Positions 25,496 through 32,000 of a DNA stretch of 32,000 nt are shown here, one piece after another. The stretch is taken from positions 540,001-572,000 of the forward strand of contig JASBSB010000001.1 of NCBI GenBank assembly GCA_030149205.1, in the 5' to 3' direction. The notes beneath the pieces are model-generated. The model was not told the DNA's origin and did no database searches. It worked only from the letters and a program-made list of their open reading frames with translations. Each line of letters begins with the position of its first letter. The stretch's first letter is position 1. Source of the stretch: Candidatus Heimdallarchaeota archaeon. GTDB lineage: Archaea; Asgardarchaeota; Heimdallarchaeia; Heimdallarchaeales; Kariarchaeaceae. The position numbers were made by a program, and so were the translations under genes.

Positions 25496-25582
25496 GCTCG
25501 CTTAGCTTAGTCGGGAGAGCGCACGGCTGAAGAATTTTGTTTTGAAACCGTGAGGTCGCGAGTTCAAGTCTCGCAGCGAGCA
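25496..25582 (+). tRNA. tRNA-Phe(GAA) with a 14-nt intron at 37/38 (25533-25546); CCA not encoded
   Basis: Acceptor GCTCGCT/AGCGAGC, D stem GCTT/GAGC, anticodon stem CACGG/CCGTG with loop CT-GAA-G|intron|A, T arm GCGAG-TTCAAGT-CTCGC. Confidence 0.92.
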
Positions 25583-25601
25583 TTAGTGTTATATCAAACC
25601 A

Positions 25602-25757
25602 TTATTTTTTTTCATTGAGATTTGTTGAGCCCTTTAGATGTTTAGGATAAAATGGACAGTGCCTACAACCACTCCCACAGCAGTATCCTCTTTTTGTGTG
25701 GTAGCTTTCTGTAAATACAACCAATCCAGTTTCCGGATCAAGGTAAGTATCTGTCAA
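25602..25757 (-). CDS. Small Cys-rich DUF5522-like protein (51 aa), absent from the ORF track
   Basis: TTG start; MTDTYLDPETGLVVFTESYHTKRGYCCGSGCRHCPFYPKHLKGSTNLNEKK. RGYCCGSGCRHCP is the DUF5522 signature as I recall it. Confidence 0.8.
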   Translation of the reverse strand: MTDTYLDPETGLVVFTESYHTKRGYCCGSGCRHCPFYPKHLKGSTNLNEKK

Positions 25758-25876
25758 TAATCAAATATTTTGAATGACAATATTAGGTTAATGATAAGGA
25801 TATTTGTGATCTAGAATTGGTATTGTTCCCTGAAGCATAAGAAACCTTTTATTGTTAATTTTTCAAGTTTTATCAG

Positions 25877-27808
25877 ATGATGAAACCACTGTGGAAACCA
25901 ACAGAAGAAAGGGTCAAAAGGTCTCAAATACTTAAATTTATGGAGTATGTAAATACTCAGTACAACAAAGAATTTGATTCGTATAATCAGTTATATGAAT
26001 GGTCGGTGACTGATATAGAAAATTTTTGGAAGTCTGTCAGTGAGTTTACAAAGATTAAGTACATCAAAAGGGGGCATTCTATAGTAGAAAACCTAGATAG
26101 CTTTGCACCTGAAACAAATTGGTTTGAGGGATATTCTCTAAATTTTGCTCAAAATCTGCTGAAAAGACGAGATCAGCATGAAGCTATAATCTATGTTAAA
26201 GAGAATGGATCTATTCAAAAAATAACTTATGCAGACCTATATCTGAAAGTAAACAGTCTTGTTGAAGTCTTAAGATCATTAGGCGTCAAACCAGGGGAGA
26301 GGCTTGTTGGTTACCTTCCGAATTCTCCTGAGACCATTATTGCTATGCTTGCCACAACAGCTTTAGGGGGAACCTGGGCTTCATGTGGAGCAGAGTTAGG
26401 TGCACAAGCAACAATTGACAGATTGGGACAGATTGAACCAAAAGTGCTTTTTACATGCGAAGATTATCTGTATAAAGGGAAAAAGTTTGATTTGAGGAAA
26501 AAGGCAGAAGTTGTTGCCAAATCAATCCCCTCTATAGAAACCACCATTATAAAAACAGGTATGCCCTTAAAAACTGGACAATTACTTTGGGAATACAATT
26601 TAACAGAACAGGAATTAATGTTTACGGAGGTTCCATTTGAACATCCTTTATTCATAATGTTCTCTTCTGGGACAACCGGAAAACCAAAATGCTTGACCCA
26701 AGGAACTGGTGGGGTTCTAATTAATCACCTCAAGGAATTAATGATCCATACAGATCTAACAGAATCAGATAAATTGATGTATCTAACCTCACCTAGTTGG
26801 ATGATGTGGAATTGGCAGGCTACTGCTCTAGCAATAGGAACCACCATCGTATTATTTGATGGGAATCCACTTTACCCAGATTGGAAGACAGTCTTTAACC
26901 TTATAGATCGCCTAGGAGTAACGGTATTCGGATGTTCAGCAACGTATATTTTGACTCTGAAGAATATGGGGCTATCTCCTAAATCAACTTTTGATCTCTC
27001 TTCCTTAAAAGAAATATCTCAAACAGGTTCAGCCTTATCGGAAGAAGGCTTTGAATACGTCTATTCTGAAATTAAATCAGATCTTCATTTTAATTCTATC
27101 TCGGGTGGAACAGATATTAATGGTTGTTTTGCTATTGGATCTCCAATCATTCCAGTATATTCTGGTGAATTACAATCTAGGGGATTAGGTATGAAAGTCA
27201 AAGCTTATGATGAAAATGCGAATCCTGTCTATGATCAAGAAGGTGAATTAGTTTGTGAGCTTCCTACACCTTCGATGCCTATATATTTTTGGAATGACCC
27301 AGATAATCAAAAATATTTTAATGCATACTTCAATTATTTTACACAAAAAAGAGTTTGGAGACATGGTGACTACATTTTGATTGATAGCAAGACTGGTGGA
27401 GTCATTTTCTTTGGGCGTTCTGACTCTGTGTTAAAGCCATCGGGGGTTAGGATCGGAACCGCAGAAATATACAACATCGTTGAAAACTTATCTGAAATAG
27501 AAGACAGTCTTGCAATAGGACAAAGTTATAAGAATGATCAGAGGATTTTGTTATTTGTAAAGTTAAACCCTAGTTTCAGCTTAACTGAGGAGCTGAAAAA
27601 TAAGATTAAGAAAGAATTAAAAATTAGAGCTTCACCAAGACATGTTCCAGCAATTATCCTTGAAACTCCAGATATACCTTATACATTCAGTGGAAAGAAG
27701 GTCGAATCAGCTGTAACGAACATCATAAATGGAAAACCAGTCACAAACCGTGGAGCTTTGAGAAATCCTGAGTCATTGGATTGGTTCTCAAATCTATCAA
27801 TTGAATGA
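25877..27808 (+). CDS. Acetoacetate--CoA ligase (AACS-type ANL enzyme)
   Basis: LWKP..ER, LNFAQNLL, MFSSGTTGKPK, WMMWNW, SISGGTDI, WRHGD, GRSD..L.P.GVRIG, KKVE. Confidence 0.88.
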   Translation: MMKPLWKPTEERVKRSQILKFMEYVNTQYNKEFDSYNQLYEWSVTDIENFWKSVSEFTKIKYIKRGHSIVENLDSFAPETNWFEGYSLNFAQNLLKRRDQHEAIIYVKENGSIQKITYADLYLKVNSLVEVLRSLGVKPGERLVGYLPNSPETIIAMLATTALGGTWASCGAELGAQATIDRLGQIEPKVLFTCEDYLYKGKKFDLRKKAEVVAKSIPSIETTIIKTGMPLKTGQLLWEYNLTEQELMFTEVPFEHPLFIMFSSGTTGKPKCLTQGTGGVLINHLKELMIHTDLTESDKLMYLTSPSWMMWNWQATALAIGTTIVLFDGNPLYPDWKTVFNLIDRLGVTVFGCSATYILTLKNMGLSPKSTFDLSSLKEISQTGSALSEEGFEYVYSEIKSDLHFNSISGGTDINGCFAIGSPIIPVYSGELQSRGLGMKVKAYDENANPVYDQEGELVCELPTPSMPIYFWNDPDNQKYFNAYFNYFTQKRVWRHGDYILIDSKTGGVIFFGRSDSVLKPSGVRIGTAEIYNIVENLSEIEDSLAIGQSYKNDQRILLFVKLNPSFSLTEELKNKIKKELKIRASPRHVPAIILETPDIPYTFSGKKVESAVTNIINGKPVTNRGALRNPESLDWFSNLSIE

Positions 27809-27896
27809 GTTTACTAAAGATTTCAATTTTTAAATACTTAGAAGCAATGATTTGTCTATTTCGCTTTATTCATAAAACTAAAATTAGTTAAAAATT
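27710..27896 (+). repeat. 187-bp direct repeat, copy A (3' end of the ligase gene plus intergenic DNA)
   Basis: Matches 29354-29540 with 5 mismatches; offset 1644 bp. Confidence 0.95.
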
Positions 27897-27902
27897 TTTC
27901 TG

Positions 27903-28892
27903 TTATTTGTTTTTTCTCTTTTTAATTGGAATAATTATGATAAATAAAACAGAAAGCATCAAAAGAAGATTAATTCGCAATTTATTTGTATTCGTAGTAA
28001 TTCTGTTTTTCACCAAAAATAATTCTTGAAATACTGTGGGAGTAAACTGTGCAAGACTGATACCTGATGCAGTCTTTATTTTTGCTGGAACGGTATGTTT
28101 AATATAAACAGGTAATTTAATATTAGAATCCCATGTCATCTCTAAAGATGGCACTGTAACATTATTTAATGCATAGGGTGTTATAGAACTAACCGCTTGT
28201 CCAAAATAGAATTTTATTGAAAATGGTGTTAAGGTATAGTTTCTAATTAAAACACTTTGGGGCTGGTTTGTTGATAACACATATTGATTATCAATTATTA
28301 TTTGGTTACTATAACCATTTGTTTCATTATTTATTGTATCTAATCCAAGTGTTCTAACAAATTTTACACTTTCAGCGGTTGCAAATGCTTTTGCTGGATT
28401 AGTGACAAAAAATTTCTGTTTTGTAATTATGGCAGTATAACTATAATTTGTCCATTCATATTTAGTACTATTGTATCGATAAAAATTCGCTTCCTTATAT
28501 TTTATATATCCAGAATACTTCGCGTTGTCAAAAATCGGGAAACCTCCTTCTTGAGTGAGATATAAACTATCTGACACGCTTTTGTTGATAAATGTCTTTG
28601 CATAAAACAATCGCATTGATTTTATAGTTCCATTTCCCACCACTGATTTATTTGTCAAAATATCAAAATTATATTGAAAATAAACAGTTCGATTGGATTT
28701 AACTTTAGCAAGGGCTAAGGTATCAGTTGATACATACTGTTCAATACCAGTAGCAGTTTCGTTATATGTTTTTCCTATGGTATTTTTATATAACCATGTG
28801 TCGTTTTTCTGTATCTTCAGCCCATAAACAATAGGTGAGTTTACAGAGATAAATAGAAGGGTAAGTAGTATAAATAAAAATGCTTTCTTCAT
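27903..28892 (-). CDS. Hypothetical secreted/surface protein with a C-terminal TM anchor
   Basis: MKKAFLFILLTLLFIS signal peptide (ATG 28892); beta-rich T/Y/N body; C-terminal LLLMLSVLFIIIIPIKKRKNK. Confidence 0.7.
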   Translation of the reverse strand: MKKAFLFILLTLLFISVNSPIVYGLKIQKNDTWLYKNTIGKTYNETATGIEQYVSTDTLALAKVKSNRTVYFQYNFDILTNKSVVGNGTIKSMRLFYAKTFINKSVSDSLYLTQEGGFPIFDNAKYSGYIKYKEANFYRYNSTKYEWTNYSYTAIITKQKFFVTNPAKAFATAESVKFVRTLGLDTINNETNGYSNQIIIDNQYVLSTNQPQSVLIRNYTLTPFSIKFYFGQAVSSITPYALNNVTVPSLEMTWDSNIKLPVYIKHTVPAKIKTASGISLAQFTPTVFQELFLVKNRITTNTNKLRINLLLMLSVLFIIIIPIKKRKNK

Positions 28893-29341
28893 ATAAAACA
28901 ATTGTAAATTAGATATAATTATCTTTCTCTTATTATTTATTCTCAAGTTGTATTATTCTTTTTCCAAACTATTTCGTTTCTTCAATTATATAATACATTA
29001 TTTTATTTGAAGAATATACAATAGGGAGGTCCTTTTTGTCAAAGTATCAACAAGTGACTTATCTAAATACTGTATATCTTCGGTTATATATTCCCAATCC
29101 TTTTTGTTCGTATTTATCCAATAAAAAATTTCAGATTAAATTTATATATAACATTTGTATTATCTAATTGATATAATTTGATATATACTTAAATCTTTTT
29201 GAGAATGTAACATATTTCAAATAACAATTACTATCCCGTGCCAAGGTAGTACCTGTGCCATTAAAATGCTTGAAGATGTTACATTCTCGTTTTATAGCTC
29301 TTAATTCCATATTAGTTGTAATAAGACTGCTTGGGTGATAA

Positions 29342-29452
29342 AGAGTAGAACCTGCTGTAACGAACATCATAAATGGAAAACCAGTCACAAACCGTGGAGC
29401 TTTGAGAAGTCCGGAGTCATTGGATTGGTTCTCAAATCTATCAATTGAATGA
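29342..29452 (+). pseudogene. Duplicated 3' tip of the acetoacetate-CoA ligase gene
   Basis: RVEPAVTNIINGKPVTNRGALRSPESLDWFSNLSIE* versus KVESAVT..RNPESLDWFSNLSIE*; preceded by in-frame stops. Confidence 0.85.
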
Positions 29453-29540
29453 GTTTACTAAAGATTTCAATTTTTAAATACTTAGAAGCAATGGTTTGTC
29501 TATTTCGCTTTATTCATAAATCTAAAATTAGTTATAAATT
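29354..29540 (+). repeat. 187-bp direct repeat, copy B; ends at the thioesterase ATG
   Basis: Matches 27710-27896 with 5 mismatches. Confidence 0.95.
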
Positions 29541-29969
29541 ATGGTTGATGAATTTAGTTTTGAGGTAGAGATAAAACCTAGATTTAGTGATTTTGATCTG
29601 TTTGGACATGTGAACAACGCGATTATTGTGACCTATCTTGAATTCGTAAGAACCCAAATGTTGGAGAGATATGATAAAGAATTTAATAAATATTGGACGA
29701 AATTGTTTCTTATGATAGCTCATTTAGAGGTAGATTTTTTGAAACCTATTACTCCAAGAATAAGTTTAATTGGCTCATTGAGGGTGAGTAAGATTGGCAA
29801 CAAATCCTGGGAGTTTGAGTATTCAATTACTGATAGCACACGGAAGACAATGTTTGTCAAAGCCTCGAGTGTTCAAGTTATTGTAGACCCTCAACTGAAC
29901 AGATCGATTGTGTTACCAGATGATTTACGGACGACATTAGGGAACCTAATGGTAATTGAAAAACGTTAA
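29541..29969 (+). CDS. Hotdog-fold acyl-CoA thioesterase (YbgC/FadM/4HBT family)
   Basis: RFSDFDLFGHVNNA...YLEF.R, VDFLKP, IGNKSWEFEY. Confidence 0.88.
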   Translation: MVDEFSFEVEIKPRFSDFDLFGHVNNAIIVTYLEFVRTQMLERYDKEFNKYWTKLFLMIAHLEVDFLKPITPRISLIGSLRVSKIGNKSWEFEYSITDSTRKTMFVKASSVQVIVDPQLNRSIVLPDDLRTTLGNLMVIEKR

Positions 29970-30024
29970 GAAAATTTAAGTGAACCAATAAAAGGTTAAA
30001 TCATTGAAATATTAGTATAATTAA

Positions 30025-31143
30025 ATGAATATCAAACTCGAACAACAGATGATAAAATTACCATTGGTTCATCCATTTGAAACCAGCTTTGGAATACAAA
30101 AAGACAAATATGCAGTTATCATCAAATTGACAGATGATGAGGGGAATGTGGGGTGGGGCGAAACAATTGCAGATGAATATCCAGGTTATTCTTATGAAAC
30201 AAAAGAGACTGTTTGGTTAATTCAGAGAGATTTTTTGATCCCCCAATTTCTCACAAAGTTTGATCATGATTTTCCTGAAATTGCTGATGTGTATTCTGCC
30301 TTCCAACATGTGAGGGGACATAATTTCGCAAAAACTGGATTGGAGGCTGCATATTGGTCGCTTAGAGCAGATAGAGAGAGAAAAAGTTTAGGGCAGTATT
30401 ACGGGAGCACAAAGAATGAGATCCCTACAGGAGTGTCAATAGGAATTCAAGAGTCAATAAAGGAATTGATCTCACGAATTGAATTTTTTGTTGATCAGGG
30501 ATACAAAAGGATAAAAATGAAAATCAAACCTGGATGGGATATAACGGTTGTAAAAGAGGTGAGAGATGTTTACCCAGATATTCCCATCATGGTTGATGCA
30601 AATTCAGCGTATTCCTTGAAAGATAAGGATAAGACAATAATGAGGTCACTCGACAGGTTTGACCTTATGATGATTGAACAACCTTTGGCTTTTGATGATA
30701 TGTTAGACCATAAGCTGCTACAATCAGAAATTGAAACACCTATTTGCTTGGACGAATCTATTCATTCTGTAAATCACGCTATCCAAGCAATAAATTATGA
30801 TTGTGCAAGAATTATCAATATTAAACCAGCTCGAGTGGGCGGATATTCCAAAGCAATTGAAATCGCAGAAAATCTAGGTTCAGGAAAAGTTTGGCTTGGA
30901 GGAATGTTAGAAACTGGAATAGGTCGCATGCATAACTTATTTGTTCAAGCAAGGGATGAATATTCTATTCCTGGAGACACATCTGGGTCTAACAGATACT
31001 TTGAACGTGATATAATCAATCCTCAGGTTACTGTTAACAAGAATGGAACAATTTCATTACCAAAAGGTAAAAATCTTGGAGTCGAGGTTGATGAAGAATT
31101 CATAAAGCAAAAGCAAACAAGATATGCTGAGTACAGAAGGTAA
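30025..31143 (+). CDS. menC: o-Succinylbenzoate synthase / N-acylamino acid racemase (enolase superfamily, NSAR/OSBS type)
   Basis: PFETSFG, GWGE, KMKIKPG, VDANSAY, IEQPL, LDESI, NIKPARVGG, GGMLETGIG, PGDTSGS. Confidence 0.8.
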   Translation: MNIKLEQQMIKLPLVHPFETSFGIQKDKYAVIIKLTDDEGNVGWGETIADEYPGYSYETKETVWLIQRDFLIPQFLTKFDHDFPEIADVYSAFQHVRGHNFAKTGLEAAYWSLRADRERKSLGQYYGSTKNEIPTGVSIGIQESIKELISRIEFFVDQGYKRIKMKIKPGWDITVVKEVRDVYPDIPIMVDANSAYSLKDKDKTIMRSLDRFDLMMIEQPLAFDDMLDHKLLQSEIETPICLDESIHSVNHAIQAINYDCARIINIKPARVGGYSKAIEIAENLGSGKVWLGGMLETGIGRMHNLFVQARDEYSIPGDTSGSNRYFERDIINPQVTVNKNGTISLPKGKNLGVEVDEEFIKQKQTRYAEYRR

Positions 31144-31163
31144 AGTTTGTTCACAATCTTAAT

Positions 31164-31853
31164 TTACAATGAAAGTTGGTTTAGGAGGTATCTATCGATG
31201 TCAGGTACGATATGGTGGTCAGCACATCGAGGTTCATAGGTTATCTCCTCTGAGCTTCCTTCAATAATTATAGTTGGGCTTAAAGCACTGTCAGGTAATC
31301 CATTTCTAAGCCTCTGAGGGAGCACTCCATCATTATGACAACCACTTATGTTGCAAACACTAAAAACTGACTTTATAGGGGTGTCACTCAGTGCCATAAT
31401 TTGCGGCATAATTCCAAAGGGTTGTCCTCTGAAGTCGGTGTGTAACCCACTTAAAACGATATTATGACCTTTGAACTTTAACAGTTGGACTGCATAAATC
31501 AAACTCTCATCACAAAATTGAACTTCATCAATTAGAATAAGACTTGGGACCCCATTTACAAAATTCAATAATTCACGACCGTTTGAAAACAATGATGCTC
31601 TACGTTCCATTCCATCACGACTTTTGATAAATTCGTCATCTCGTGTATCAACAGTTGGTTTGAAGTATAACACCTTAACATCCCCAAACTCCTCAGCTCT
31701 CATACCTCTATACAGCAGTTCCCTACTTTTCCCTGAAAACATTGTACCAACGATACATTCAATATATCCGGGGTTGAATGTACTGTTCATTCTATAAATT
31801 TGATTTTCTTTTAACATTAGATAGCCACGTTTTCCTTGTTCGAACAAAACCAA
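31164..31853 (-). CDS. tdk: Thymidine kinase (type II)
   Basis: GTMFSGKSRELL, IDEVQF, SGL.TDFRGQPFG, YEPRC..H. True start may be downstream (31817 or 31790). Confidence 0.9.
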   Translation of the reverse strand: MVLFEQGKRGYLMLKENQIYRMNSTFNPGYIECIVGTMFSGKSRELLYRGMRAEEFGDVKVLYFKPTVDTRDDEFIKSRDGMERRASLFSNGRELLNFVNGVPSLILIDEVQFCDESLIYAVQLLKFKGHNIVLSGLHTDFRGQPFGIMPQIMALSDTPIKSVFSVCNISGCHNDGVLPQRLRNGLPDSALSPTIIIEGSSEEITYEPRCADHHIVPDIDRYLLNQLSL

Positions 31854-32000
31854 ATGGAGAGTTCAAAAATATAAGTATATTTGTTATTTAGGGTCATTTA
31901 AATATGGCAAGGACAAAAATATTTAGGTTCCATGTTTCTTTTGCTTAATTATTTCAAAATATTGGGAAGGAGACGATGAAAGTCTAGAATTAATTATTAG

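Noticed and set aside
28708-28745. Partial match of spacer 1 (reverse complement) inside the 27903 gene: 11-mer TACATACTGTT plus in-register CTAAGG, 20/38 overall
   Set aside because: An 11-mer hit is about expected by chance in 32 kb of AT-rich DNA; it covers spacer positions 5-15 rather than the seed and lies mid-CDS. Worth rechecking only if the crRNA is expressed.
29225-29341. QLLSRAKVVPVPL resembling an integrase K.R.VP strand in the islet; also ORF 29164-29388 (-)
   Set aside because: Too short and lacks other motifs; the minus ORF begins antisense inside the duplicated ligase tip.
140-29723. Short opposite-strand or alternate-frame ORFs overlapping called genes (e.g. 140-331, 982-1194, 2862-3107, 4572-4937, 13043-13333, 21406-21804, 22686-23000, 29532-29723)
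   Set aside because: Shadows of well-supported genes, with no family motifs.
1-32000. Genome-wide TAG reassignment
   Set aside because: TAG terminates at least three intact genes at their expected ends (327, 10135, 23785).

Overview
AT-rich archaeal DNA. An Asgard (Heimdallarchaeia-like) origin is inferred from a roadblock/LC7 gene, split glutamate synthase, CTP-dependent riboflavin kinase, RibL-type FAD synthase, translin and an intron-containing tRNA; this is not proven. Left third: three-gene glutamate synthase operon with two FMN-barrel paralogs, a PPP phosphatase, a single-pass membrane protein with a cytosolic Regnase-1/Zc3h12a-like PIN/NYN RNase domain, alkaline phosphatase, translin and ribK. 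The phoA-translin-ribK-MOFRL kinase block occurs twice in tandem (about 75% aa identity) with reciprocal gene breakage. The first kinase copy is split by a ~7.5-kb island (11782-19301) bounded by a 14-bp imperfect direct repeat. The island carries a frameshifted tyrosine-integrase remnant missed by the ORF track, an FtsX-type ABC system, an NHL-repeat surface protein and two cas-less, degenerate CRISPR-like mini-arrays whose repeats keep the hairpin and 8-nt handle. Right third: CinA-like gene, ribL, tRNA-Phe(GAA) with a 14-nt intron, a small unannotated DUF5522-like gene, acetoacetate-CoA ligase, a 1.46-kb islet between 187-bp direct repeats, a thioesterase, a MenC/NSAR-like enzyme and thymidine kinase. 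All alignments were done by eye; no database searches were run.
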